A stretch of DNA of 64,000 nt from an uncultured Muribaculaceae bacterium (lineage in GTDB: Bacteria > Bacteroidota > Bacteroidia > Bacteroidales > UBA932), in NCBI GenBank assembly GCA_964598495.1, contig CAZRBY010000006.1, positions 2,624-66,623 on the forward strand. Direction: 5' to 3'. Below are positions 26,964-35,836 of the stretch, piece by piece. The translations under genes and the position numbers were made by a program. Position 1 is the stretch's first letter, and the number at the start of each line of letters is the position of its first letter. Under the pieces are notes generated by a model, which was not told the origin of the DNA, did not search any database, and was given only the letters and a program-made list of their open reading frames with translations.

Positions 26964-27848
26964 ATGAAACGTATTTTACTAACATTTGCCGCAATTATCG
27001 GCTTTATTCTTACAAGCAATGCACAAACTGTAAAAAATTATGATTATCAAGGTTTTGATGGACTCGACATCTCTCATTGGTTTGATGTGGAGGTAATACG
27101 GGGCAATACCTACTCCATTGTTATCGAAGTCAGCGACGATCTTGAGAAATATCTTTTAGTGAAGGATTCCAAAGGGACTCTTACCATAGGACTTGACAAT
27201 CCCAGCAAGAAGGTGCTAAAAAATCAAAACAAACTTGCCAGAGCGACAATCACTATGCCGGTTCTCACCAAGCTCACGCTTTCAGGAGCATCTAAATTTC
27301 ACACCAACGATCAATTTGACTGCGGAAAAAACAGATTCGTGATGAAACTCAGCGGTGCCAGCTTAGTCTATGGATTGAATGTAGTTGCTAAAGAGACCCA
27401 GATTTCAATAAACGGGGCATCTACTGTGAGAGATATCAAGGGTGACTTCCTAGAGGCCGACATCAAGGTATCAGGAGCAAGCAAATTGTATGGCAATATT
27501 TCGGCAGACGAACTTGACATTGAGATTTCCGGTGCATCAAAAGCTGAAGTGAATGGAGAATTCGAAAAGGTTGATCTCGAGTGCAGCGGTGCTTCAAAAG
27601 CACTCCTATCCGGTACCGCTGATGAAGTATCCCTAGAAGGTAGCGGTGTCAGCTCTATCGTGGCTGAAGATATGAAAGTCAAAGATGCGGAAATCGACCT
27701 TTCAGGTACAGCTAAAGCAAGCATCTATGTGACAAGACGTCTTAATGTGGAGTGTTCCGGAGCATCTTCCTGCGCTTACAAGGCAGACAAGTCAATAAGC
27801 ATCACATCTGAAGTCAGTCGCGGATCCAGTCTTCGACGCATTGACTAG
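26964..27848 (+). CDS. DUF2807/GIN-domain putative adhesin-head-like secreted protein
   Basis: 294 aa with a signal peptide. The internal repeat (L)SGASK occurs at least 7 times with a period of about 20-25 aa (beta-helix-like). It is a paralogue of 10876..11583. Confidence 0.6.
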   Translation: MKRILLTFAAIIGFILTSNAQTVKNYDYQGFDGLDISHWFDVEVIRGNTYSIVIEVSDDLEKYLLVKDSKGTLTIGLDNPSKKVLKNQNKLARATITMPVLTKLTLSGASKFHTNDQFDCGKNRFVMKLSGASLVYGLNVVAKETQISINGASTVRDIKGDFLEADIKVSGASKLYGNISADELDIEISGASKAEVNGEFEKVDLECSGASKALLSGTADEVSLEGSGVSSIVAEDMKVKDAEIDLSGTAKASIYVTRRLNVECSGASSCAYKADKSISITSEVSRGSSLRRID

Positions 27849-28606
27849 ATTTTAGGCATTCTCTGCCTAACTGCTTCGAAAAGCACTATGGCAGTGGCTA
27901 CGGAGACGTTGAGGGAACCGATTTGACCTAACATTGGAATCGCTGCCTTAACATTACAGAGCGAAAGTACCGAATCGGAAATACCCTTACCTTCAGAACC
28001 CATAACGATTACGGTCGGCTGAGTTAAATCCACATCGTAGATTGAACAGCCGGCCTTTTCTGTTGCACCTACAACATGGAAACCGGCATCAATCAACCAA
28101 TACAAAGGAATACGCAGGTTGGGGACCTTGCAAACAGGTACTCTGAGAAGAGCTCCTGATGATGTTTTGATCGCATCGGCATTAATGGCGGCTCCGCCCT
28201 TGGCAGGAAGTATCACTCCGCTTACCCCTGCACACTCCGCACTTCTGACTATTGCACCGAAATTACGCACATCGCTAACTCCGTCAAGCATTAAAAAAAT
28301 GGGAGCAGAAGAGACTGCAAGCGCTTTTTCAACGACATCCTCGAATGGCAGATAATCAATCTGCGACATATAGCCGATAACTCCCTGATGCGCACCGCGA
28401 TATAATTTGTTCATCTTTTCTCCGGGTACAAACTGAAAAGGAATCTCGTTTTGCTTTACCAGATCCAACAGTGCCCTGAACTTATCTCCTTCAAGACCCT
28501 GCTTAAATAGAATTTTTTCAAATTTTCTGCCTGTTTTAATTGCTTCATGCACGGGGTTAATACCGAACAGATAGGGTTGCTTCTTTTCTTCCATTGTGTA
28601 AATCAT
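27845..28606 (-). CDS. rlmB: 23S rRNA (guanosine-2'-O)-methyltransferase, SpoU/TrmH family (RlmB-like)
   Basis: It has the GINPVHEAI N-terminal substrate-binding domain and the SpoU motifs (GAIVRSAE, VMGSEGKGIS, SLNVSVA). Candidate start ATGs are 28624, 28606 (ATGA overlap with the ABC-F stop) and 28594. Confidence 0.8.
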   Translation of the reverse strand: MIYTMEEKKQPYLFGINPVHEAIKTGRKFEKILFKQGLEGDKFRALLDLVKQNEIPFQFVPGEKMNKLYRGAHQGVIGYMSQIDYLPFEDVVEKALAVSSAPIFLMLDGVSDVRNFGAIVRSAECAGVSGVILPAKGGAAINADAIKTSSGALLRVPVCKVPNLRIPLYWLIDAGFHVVGATEKAGCSIYDVDLTQPTVIVMGSEGKGISDSVLSLCNVKAAIPMLGQIGSLNVSVATAIVLFEAVRQRMPKI

Positions 28607-30525
28607 ATTGTGAGGGATGCCCATTCATCCATTTTTGTCTCAAGATTTAATTTGAGATAATGATACTTGTTTGTGAGTTCCACTATATCGTCTTCCGGAG
28701 AGGGTGATGCAAGGATTTTTTCCACAGCAGATATCTCTTCCTCCAGAGATGATATTTCATCTTCCAGCCGTTGTTGGCGATTTTTTATTCTACGTTCCTC
28801 CCTCGAGAGGTATTTCTGTGCCTCATAAGTGGATATCTTTTCCTTCTTTGGCTCGGGTGCAGCCTGAGAAGAGGGGGCCTGCTTGATTTCTATATCCCTG
28901 AGCGAACTTATCTTTTTGCGGTAGAGAAAATCATCCACTCCTCCGAGGTGTTCCTTTACCTGCCCGTCAGCAAACTCATAAATCTTCTCCACCAGCCCAT
29001 CAAGAAAGTCTCTATCATGTGAAACTATAATAAGAGTGCCGTCATATTTCTGCAGCGCCTGTTTTAGTACATCCTTTGAACGAAGATCCATATGGTTGGT
29101 AGGCTCGTCAAGCGCAAGCAGATTGTAGGGGTGCAATATGAGCTTTGCCATGGCCAGTCTTGAACGTTCACCGCCACTGAGCACTGACACCTTTTTATCT
29201 ATATCGTCTCCTCTGAAGAGAAAAGCGCCAAGTATGTCCCTCAGCCTGGTCCTAATATCTCCCACTGCGATCTTCTCCAGAGTACCGTACACGGTATCTT
29301 TTTTGTCCAATAAATCCTCCTGATTTTGCGCAAAGTAGCCTATCTTCACATTATACCCAACCTGCGCCTCACCTTCAAAAGGCTCAAGCCGGCCGGTAAG
29401 CAGGCGCATTACGGTGGTCTTACCCTCGCCGTTACGCCCTACGAAGGCCACCTTCTCCCCTCTTCTGATTGTGATATTGGCTCCATGCAGCACAATTTTC
29501 TTCTTGGGCTTTGAGTAGCCGATGGTTGCATCCTTGAGGGAAAACACCAAATCTCCGGAGCGTGGCGCAGAGGGAAATCTGACGGTAATTGTGCTCAAAT
29601 CCTCCTCATCTATCTCTATACGCTCGAGTTTTTCCAACTGTTTGATTCTGGATTGCACCTGATTGCTCTTTGTAGGCTTGTAGCGAAATTTCTCTATAAA
29701 TTCCTCGCTCTTTTCAATAAGGCGCTGCTGGTTGTCGTAGGCGGCGCGCTGCTGGGCAATTCTCTCCTTTCGCAACTCCACAAATTGGGAGTAAGGCACT
29801 TTATAATCGTAAATTTTGCCCAGCATCACCTCTACAGTACGGTTGGTGCAGTTGTCGAGGAATCTGCGGTCGTGTGATATTAGAACTAAAGCACCTGAAA
29901 AGTTCTTGAGGTACTCCTCTAACCACTGAATGGATTCGATATCGAGGTGGTTTGTCGGTTCATCCAATAGCAATATATCGGGGTTACGCAGGAGAATTTT
30001 AGCCAATTCTATGCGCATGTTCCAGCCGTGGCTTAATGTGTGTGTCATTCTGTCGAGTTCATCTTTGCGGAAACCCAGTCCGAGAAGGGTTTTCTCTGCC
30101 TGCACATGTGGGGATTCAAGGGAGTAAATCCTGAGTCTATCGCTGGTTTCATTTAATTCGACTATCAGTTTGTGGTACTCTTTCGACTCATAGTCAGTGC
30201 GATTTGCGAGCTCATGTGAAATTTGATCCAGACGCGTATTAAGCTCTTTGAGCTCCGCAAATGCAGTCATAGTCTCGTCAATGACGCTTTTATCGCGGGC
30301 ATGCTTCATTATCTGAGGAAGATAACCAACTTTCCGATCAGAGGGCATCGAAACCTTGCCCGATGAGGGCGACTGAAGGCCCATGATGAGTTTAAGAATG
30401 GTGGATTTGCCTGCTCCGTTTTTGCCGACGAGACCTACTTTCTCTTTGTCGCTTATATGAAAATTGATAGTGTCCAGAAGAGTGAATCCCCCGAATGAGA
30501 CAGTAAGATCACTGATCGATATCAC
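28603..30525 (-). CDS. ABC-F family ATPase (two ABC domains, no TM; translation-associated type)
   Basis: 640 aa with two Walker A motifs (GKNGAGKST, GRNGEGKTT), two LSGG signatures and a C-terminal coiled-coil tail. GTG start overlapping the tatC stop (GTGA). Confidence 0.88.
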   Translation of the reverse strand: MISISDLTVSFGGFTLLDTINFHISDKEKVGLVGKNGAGKSTILKLIMGLQSPSSGKVSMPSDRKVGYLPQIMKHARDKSVIDETMTAFAELKELNTRLDQISHELANRTDYESKEYHKLIVELNETSDRLRIYSLESPHVQAEKTLLGLGFRKDELDRMTHTLSHGWNMRIELAKILLRNPDILLLDEPTNHLDIESIQWLEEYLKNFSGALVLISHDRRFLDNCTNRTVEVMLGKIYDYKVPYSQFVELRKERIAQQRAAYDNQQRLIEKSEEFIEKFRYKPTKSNQVQSRIKQLEKLERIEIDEEDLSTITVRFPSAPRSGDLVFSLKDATIGYSKPKKKIVLHGANITIRRGEKVAFVGRNGEGKTTVMRLLTGRLEPFEGEAQVGYNVKIGYFAQNQEDLLDKKDTVYGTLEKIAVGDIRTRLRDILGAFLFRGDDIDKKVSVLSGGERSRLAMAKLILHPYNLLALDEPTNHMDLRSKDVLKQALQKYDGTLIIVSHDRDFLDGLVEKIYEFADGQVKEHLGGVDDFLYRKKISSLRDIEIKQAPSSQAAPEPKKEKISTYEAQKYLSREERRIKNRQQRLEDEISSLEEEISAVEKILASPSPEDDIVELTNKYHYLKLNLETKMDEWASLTI

Positions 30526-31343
30526 GCTTCACCTCCCGAGGCATCAGCTGCAATTTGATCCTCTTCTGATTTTCCGGACCTGCAAACCAGAATACTAACC
30601 TCATAGAGACAGTAGAGTGGGATTGCCACAAAGAAAAGTGTCACTGCATCTCCGGAGGGGGTGATCAGTGCCGCAACGATGAGAAGTATCACGATAGCGT
30701 GTTTGCGGTACTTCTTCAGAAACTCTTTTGTAATGATTCCAAATCTTGAAAGTACCGCTGCAAGAGCCGGCATTTCGAAAACAATCCCCATAATGAGAAT
30801 CAACGAAACAAACATCCCGATATAGGAGTTGAGCGATATCTGGTTGGGGACATCCGGTGAAACCTGATATGTGCCGAGAAATCTCACAGTCAGCGGAAAA
30901 ACCAGCAGATAGCCTACGGCAATCCCAACATAAAAAAGAATACCCGCAAATCCAAATGCACGCCTTACAACCCTTTTTTCATTGTCGTAAAGCGCGGGGC
31001 GTACAAAGGTCCATATTTGGTAAAAGATAAAGGGCATCGCTACAATCAATGCGACATAAAGAGATACCCTGATATGGGTAAAAAATTGAGCCGCCATCTC
31101 GATATTGATCAGCTCAATCGAAAACTCACCTATCGGTCCCGAACCAAAAAGAGCGAGCATGTAATTTAACAGCCGGTAAAGACAAAACTCAGATGTAAGT
31201 GGCGCAAATATGATGTTACCGAAAATCGTCTCCTTAAAAAAGAAGGCGACGATCATCAGCACCGCGAGCACTGCAACAGAGCGAAAAAGTACTTTCCGCA
31301 ACTCGTCGAGATGCTCCCAAAAGGACATATTGCTGCTTCCCAT
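30522..31343 (-). CDS. tatC: twin-arginine translocase subunit TatC
   Basis: 273 aa with the FWEHLDELRK N-terminal motif and 6 hydrophobic spans. An alternative ATG is at 31328. Confidence 0.9.
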   Translation of the reverse strand: MGSSNMSFWEHLDELRKVLFRSVAVLAVLMIVAFFFKETIFGNIIFAPLTSEFCLYRLLNYMLALFGSGPIGEFSIELINIEMAAQFFTHIRVSLYVALIVAMPFIFYQIWTFVRPALYDNEKRVVRRAFGFAGILFYVGIAVGYLLVFPLTVRFLGTYQVSPDVPNQISLNSYIGMFVSLILIMGIVFEMPALAAVLSRFGIITKEFLKKYRKHAIVILLIVAALITPSGDAVTLFFVAIPLYCLYEVSILVCRSGKSEEDQIAADASGGEA

Positions 31344-31363
31344 CAGAATACCGGTGAGGGAGT

Positions 31364-31579
31364 CTATTTCTGTTCCTTCTCTACATTCTTGGAGTCTTCG
31401 TCCATTCCCTTCACCTCATTCTCCACGTCCTTCATTCCCTCCTTGAAACTGCGGACACCTTTTCCAAGTCCCTTCATAAGTTCGGGAATCTTTCTGCCTC
31501 CGAAAAGAAGAAGTACAATAAAGGCGATGATCAGAATTTCCTGCCAGCCGAATGATCCGAATAATAACAAGTTTCTCAT
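31364..31579 (-). CDS. tatA: twin-arginine translocase subunit TatA/E
   Basis: 71 aa. A single TM is followed by an amphipathic helix ([23 protein letters not shown]). Confidence 0.9.
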   Translation of the reverse strand: MRNLLLFGSFGWQEILIIAFIVLLLFGGRKIPELMKGLGKGVRSFKEGMKDVENEVKGMDEDSKNVEKEQK

Positions 31580-31609
31580 TTTGTGTGGGTATTATATTAG
31601 TCTGTCTAA

Positions 31610-34273
31610 CTATTTCATCGTTGCGAGGCGCGCCCGGAGTGTCTCTATTTTGGTGGTCGCATCGGAGAGTTTTTTACGCTCAAGAGCTACAACATTTTCG
31701 GGGGCATTTGCCACAAATGCCGCATTGCCGAGTTTGGCATCAACACCTTTGATGAAGCCTTCGTAACGTTTGATTTCGGCTTCGATCTTTGCTATCTCTT
31801 CATCCATATTGATCATACCTTCCAGGGGCACAAAAAACTCGACAGTACCCACCATAAAGGATTGTCCTGCCAATGTAGTGTCAAACTGCTCCACAATCTG
31901 TAAATTAGGTACATTTGCCATCTTGGAAATTACAGGAGTAATAGTTGATGGATAGTAAGTACTCTTTACCTGGACTGAAAGCTGCTCTTTCGGAGAGATA
32001 TTTTTTGACTGTCTGAGTGCCCTGATGGCCACTACCGTCTCGATAGCCTTCTCAAAGGAAGCAATAATAGCCTTATCGTGACCGGTGGAAACAGGCATTT
32101 GTTGGAGCATGATGGTTGCACATTTTTCACGTTCCTCAATATTCTGCCAGAGTTCTTCGGTAATGAAAGGCATGACAGGATGAAGTATCTTGAGAAGTGA
32201 GTCGAAATATGAGATGGTGGCATCAAAAGTAGCCTTGTCAATGCTCCCCTGTACACCATCTATGAATGAAGGCTTGATAATTTCAAGATACCAAGAGCAA
32301 AAATCATCCCAGAAGAGTTTGTAGATAGTCATGACTGCATCTGAAATGCGGAATTTTGCAAAATCATCGTTGATGCTTTCCAGAGTAATATTAAGTTTTG
32401 ATGCAAACCATGAGACTGCAAGTCGATTGACATCGCTCTGAGCCATGGTACCACTGACTGTCCAACCCTTGACCAGACGGTAGGCATTCCATATTTTGTT
32501 ACTGAAATTACGGCCTTGCTCTACCTGACTTTCGTCAAAAAGAATATCATTACCGGCGGATGTGCAGAGGAGCATTCCCAGACGCACCCCGTCTGCTCCA
32601 TACTCCTTCATCAATTTGATGGGATCGGGAGAGTTGCCAAGCTGTTTTGACATTTTGCGACCCTGTTTGTCACGCACAATACCGGTCAGATAGACATTAC
32701 GGAAAGGTATATTCTGACAAAATTCCTCTCCTGCCATAATCATTCTCGCCACCCAGAAAAAGAGAATTTCAGGGGCTGTTACAAGATCATTTGTCGGATA
32801 ATAATATGCGAGATCGGCATTGGGTGCCTTATCGGGAAAACCGGGCTTAGCCGGATCGAATACCGAAATCGGCCAGAGCCAGGATGAAAACCAGGTATCA
32901 AGCACATCTTCGTCCTGAACCAGATCTTCCGCATTAATGGAAGGATCAATTTTACGGGCAGCTTCGAAAGCCTTTTCAAATGTAGATTCCACTACAAATT
33001 CCCCATTGGGAAGATAGTATGCAGGAATCTGTTGTCCCCACCATAATTGTCGTGAAATACACCAGTCACGAACATTCTCCATCCAATGACGGTATGTATT
33101 CTTGAATTTATCGGGTATAAGTTTTACTGAGTCATCCTCCACCACTTGCAATGCATCTTTTGCAAGATCTTCCATATTGAGAAACCACTGCATGGAGAGT
33201 CTGGGCTCAATAACGGCATTTGTACGCTCCGAGTAGCCAACCTGAGACTTGTAGTCCTCCACCTTTTCGAGAAGTCCTGCATCTTCAAGCATCTTCACTA
33301 TTTTTTTGCGGGCAACGAATCTATCTTCTCCAATAAGGATCAGGGCCTTTTCGTTGAGCGTTCCGTCATCATTGATGATATCAATTACGGGAAGATTGTG
33401 GCGCAGGCCTATCTCATAGTCATTTATATCATGGGCGGGTGTAATTTTGAGACATCCGGTACCGAGATCCATAGTAACATACTCATCCTCAATTATGGGA
33501 ATCTCTTTGTTGATGAGCGGAATTATGACATTCTTACCGCGCAGATGATAATATCTTTCATCTTCGGGATTGACGCAGACCGCCACGTCGGCCATAATTG
33601 TTTCAGGTCGGGTTGTAGCAATGGTGACATGATCACATTCTCCTTCAGCGACGTCACCTGCTATCTTGTATCTCAAATAGTAAAACTTGGAGTCGGTCTC
33701 CCTGTGGATGACCTCTTCATCGCTAACAGCAGTAAGGCCCTCGGGATCCCAATTGACCATACGCACTCCTCGATAGATGAGCCCTTTTTTATAGAAATGG
33801 ACAAATGTATTGATTACGGCCTCACTCAAATCGGGGTCCATAGTAAATCTCGTGCGATCCCAGTCACATGAAGCCCCTAGTTTTTTAAGCTGTTCGAGGA
33901 TGATGCCACCATGTTTCTCTCTCCACTCCCATGCATGTTTTAGAAACTCATCACGTGTAAGGTCGGACTTATCTATACCCTGGGCTTTGAGTTTTTCCAC
34001 CACCTTTGCTTCGGTTGCAATGGAGGCGTGGTCGGTACCGGGAACCCAACAGGCATTATAGCCTGTCATTCTCGCGCGGCGTACCAATACATCCTGAAGC
34101 GTATTATTAAGCATGTGACCCATATGAAGCACACCGGTTACGTTGGGCGGCGGAATCACTATGGTATACGGTTCACGTTCATCGGGTTCCGAGTGGAAAA
34201 ATCCATTCTCAAGCCAGTAGGAATACCACTTGTCTTCGGTCAAGGAAGGGTCGTATTTGTTGGGGAGTTCCAT
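31610..34273 (-). CDS. valS: valine--tRNA ligase
   Basis: 887 aa with the HIGH-type ([11 protein letters not shown]) and KMSKS ([10 protein letters not shown]) class I motifs and a C-terminal coiled coil. Confidence 0.95.
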   Translation of the reverse strand: MELPNKYDPSLTEDKWYSYWLENGFFHSEPDEREPYTIVIPPPNVTGVLHMGHMLNNTLQDVLVRRARMTGYNACWVPGTDHASIATEAKVVEKLKAQGIDKSDLTRDEFLKHAWEWREKHGGIILEQLKKLGASCDWDRTRFTMDPDLSEAVINTFVHFYKKGLIYRGVRMVNWDPEGLTAVSDEEVIHRETDSKFYYLRYKIAGDVAEGECDHVTIATTRPETIMADVAVCVNPEDERYYHLRGKNVIIPLINKEIPIIEDEYVTMDLGTGCLKITPAHDINDYEIGLRHNLPVIDIINDDGTLNEKALILIGEDRFVARKKIVKMLEDAGLLEKVEDYKSQVGYSERTNAVIEPRLSMQWFLNMEDLAKDALQVVEDDSVKLIPDKFKNTYRHWMENVRDWCISRQLWWGQQIPAYYLPNGEFVVESTFEKAFEAARKIDPSINAEDLVQDEDVLDTWFSSWLWPISVFDPAKPGFPDKAPNADLAYYYPTNDLVTAPEILFFWVARMIMAGEEFCQNIPFRNVYLTGIVRDKQGRKMSKQLGNSPDPIKLMKEYGADGVRLGMLLCTSAGNDILFDESQVEQGRNFSNKIWNAYRLVKGWTVSGTMAQSDVNRLAVSWFASKLNITLESINDDFAKFRISDAVMTIYKLFWDDFCSWYLEIIKPSFIDGVQGSIDKATFDATISYFDSLLKILHPVMPFITEELWQNIEEREKCATIMLQQMPVSTGHDKAIIASFEKAIETVVAIRALRQSKNISPKEQLSVQVKSTYYPSTITPVISKMANVPNLQIVEQFDTTLAGQSFMVGTVEFFVPLEGMINMDEEIAKIEAEIKRYEGFIKGVDAKLGNAAFVANAPENVVALERKKLSDATTKIETLRARLATMK

Positions 34274-34316
34274 CTATCTAAATATCTTGCTTCGTTGTGT
34301 TCAATTATTCAATCTG

Positions 34317-34324
34317 CAAAAGTA
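34317..34324 (-). promoter_or_regulatory. candidate Bacteroidetes -7 promoter box for valS
   Basis: The minus strand reads TACTTTTG (TAnnTTTG), 43 nt upstream of the valS ATG. Confidence 0.35.
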
Positions 34325-34403
34325 AACAATTTCGGCAAATTATCCCTAATTATACACAACACCATATAACCGGAGACTAATTAAAGCATCACTGAAGAGG
34401 AAA

Positions 34404-35036
34404 TCATTTTATGCCACAAAGATCGCACAGTTCAGTGTAAAGGCGCTGCACGGGAAGTCCCATCACATTATAGTATGAGCCGCTAATGGAAGTGATGCCG
34501 ATATGGCCGATCCACTCCTGCACACCATACGCTCCGGCTTTATCGTATGGAGCGTAATTATCTATATAGTAGGAAATTTCTTCCGGAGAGAGTTTCTTGA
34601 AGGTAACTTCGGTAGCAACGGTAAAGGAGCGTGTCTCGTCGGGAGTGCGGATAGCTACTCCAGTCAGCACATAGTGGGTATTATCTGATAAGAGTGAGAG
34701 TATCCTAACTGCATCCTCCCTATCAATCGGTTTGCCAAGGATGACGCATTTTTGAAGAGTCTCATCCGAGAGCATCCCCTGCTCCATTTTTTCCCGATGA
34801 CCAAAAACCAACGTATCGGCTGTTATGAGCACTTCATCTGCCTCCAGAGCTCGATGAAATGTAATTGATTTGTGTTTTGCGAGATATTCCGGAACTTGTG
34901 AATGGGGAATATCCATGTCAAATCCCTCCGGTAAATCAGGTCCGGTCTCAACCTTAAACTTTACATCCAGTCCGGAGAGAAGTTCTTGCCTGCGAGGAGA
35001 CTTCGAAGCAAGTATGAATCTGTATCCGTCAAACAT
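34404..35036 (-). CDS. maf: Maf-like nucleoside triphosphate pyrophosphatase
   Basis: 210 aa with the ILASKSPRRQELL and KAGAYGVQE motifs. Confidence 0.88.
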   Translation of the reverse strand: MFDGYRFILASKSPRRQELLSGLDVKFKVETGPDLPEGFDMDIPHSQVPEYLAKHKSITFHRALEADEVLITADTLVFGHREKMEQGMLSDETLQKCVILGKPIDREDAVRILSLLSDNTHYVLTGVAIRTPDETRSFTVATEVTFKKLSPEEISYYIDNYAPYDKAGAYGVQEWIGHIGITSISGSYYNVMGLPVQRLYTELCDLCGIK

Positions 35037-35610
35037 TTCTTCCAGTTTTAGTCGCTAACTGTGTTATATGATCGGGATAATTGGCGCTTATTGGTGCCGT
35101 TGGGTCAAAATTCCATTTCCCCTGCATTTTGAGTACCTTTTCAACAATGTCGCGGATACAACCTCGACCTCCCGGAAAGGGAGAAATATAGTTACAGACC
35201 TCTTTTACTTCGGCTACGGCATCGGAGGGACAGACAGCGAGGCCTGCTTCGCGGAGAGCAGGTATATCGGGGATATCGTCTCCGACAAATACCACTTCGG
35301 AAGGTTTCAGGCCGTAATCGGAGCAGAATTTCAGAAAATCCGGCCGTTTGTCTCTTGAGAGCTGATAGAGATTCTTAGCTTCCACACCGAGTGAAGTAGC
35401 TCTATGAATAATGCTCTGTGAGCAGCCTCCTGTTATAATTGATACGGGATAACCATTGTCAACCGCCATTCGGACGGCGAAACAATCTTTTGCGTTGAAT
35501 GTTCGTAGTAGATCTCCGTCCGGCATCGCCAAAACGGAGCCGTCCGTAAAGACTCCGTCAACATCGAATACAAATGCTTTAATATTATCAAACATATTAT
35601 CAATCTTCAT
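35029..35610 (-). CDS. kdsC: 3-deoxy-D-manno-octulosonate 8-phosphate phosphatase (HAD-IIIA, KdsC-like)
   Basis: 193 aa with the FDVDGVFTDG, FNAKDCFAV and GDDIPD motifs. Confidence 0.8.
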   Translation of the reverse strand: MKIDNMFDNIKAFVFDVDGVFTDGSVLAMPDGDLLRTFNAKDCFAVRMAVDNGYPVSIITGGCSQSIIHRATSLGVEAKNLYQLSRDKRPDFLKFCSDYGLKPSEVVFVGDDIPDIPALREAGLAVCPSDAVAEVKEVCNYISPFPGGRGCIRDIVEKVLKMQGKWNFDPTAPISANYPDHITQLATKTGRNV

Positions 35611-35709
35611 TTATTGTTATTCTTTATTATATAATTATACTAATTTTAATACTTAATTAATATCTCATCATCCTCACTTTGACTCATAAATACACACCCA
35701 ACTCTTACC

Positions 35710-35770
35710 ACTTCAAATAACATGAGCTTCGAAAAAACAAAAATTTTCTACGCTTCATGCTATTTGAAGT
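35710..35770. repeat. palindromic intergenic element, copy C
   Basis: Arms ACTTCAAATAACATGAGC / GCTTCATGCTATTTGAAGT (imperfect) with centre TTCGAAAAAACAAAAATTTTCTAC. It lies downstream of the recQ 3' end. Confidence 0.85.
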
Positions 35771-35785
35771 TCACTTAGACTCCAC

Positions 35786-35834
35786 ACTACATACTACATA
35801 CTACATACTACATACTACATACTACATACTACAT
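35786..35834. repeat. (ACTACAT)x7 perfect heptanucleotide microsatellite
   Basis: Counted directly; seven perfect units. It ends 2 nt from the recQ stop codon (35837-35839). The plus strand is G-free from about 35779 to 35878. Confidence 0.97.
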
Positions 35835-35836
35835 AA

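Noticed and set aside
28603-30525. Interpreting the ABC protein next to tatC as the ATPase of a membrane transporter
   Set aside because: It has two fused NBDs with a linker and a C-terminal coiled coil, no TM domain and no adjacent permease. This is the ABC-F (ribosome-associated) architecture.
33146-33871. 241-aa plus-strand ORF antisense to valS. The same applies to 9190..9798, 20067..20645, 41718..42206, 44378..44980, 49324..49896, 13764..14279 and 16333..16749.
   Set aside because: Each lies entirely inside a strongly supported conserved gene on the other strand, has no recognisable motifs and has unusual composition. I treat them as non-coding antisense frames.
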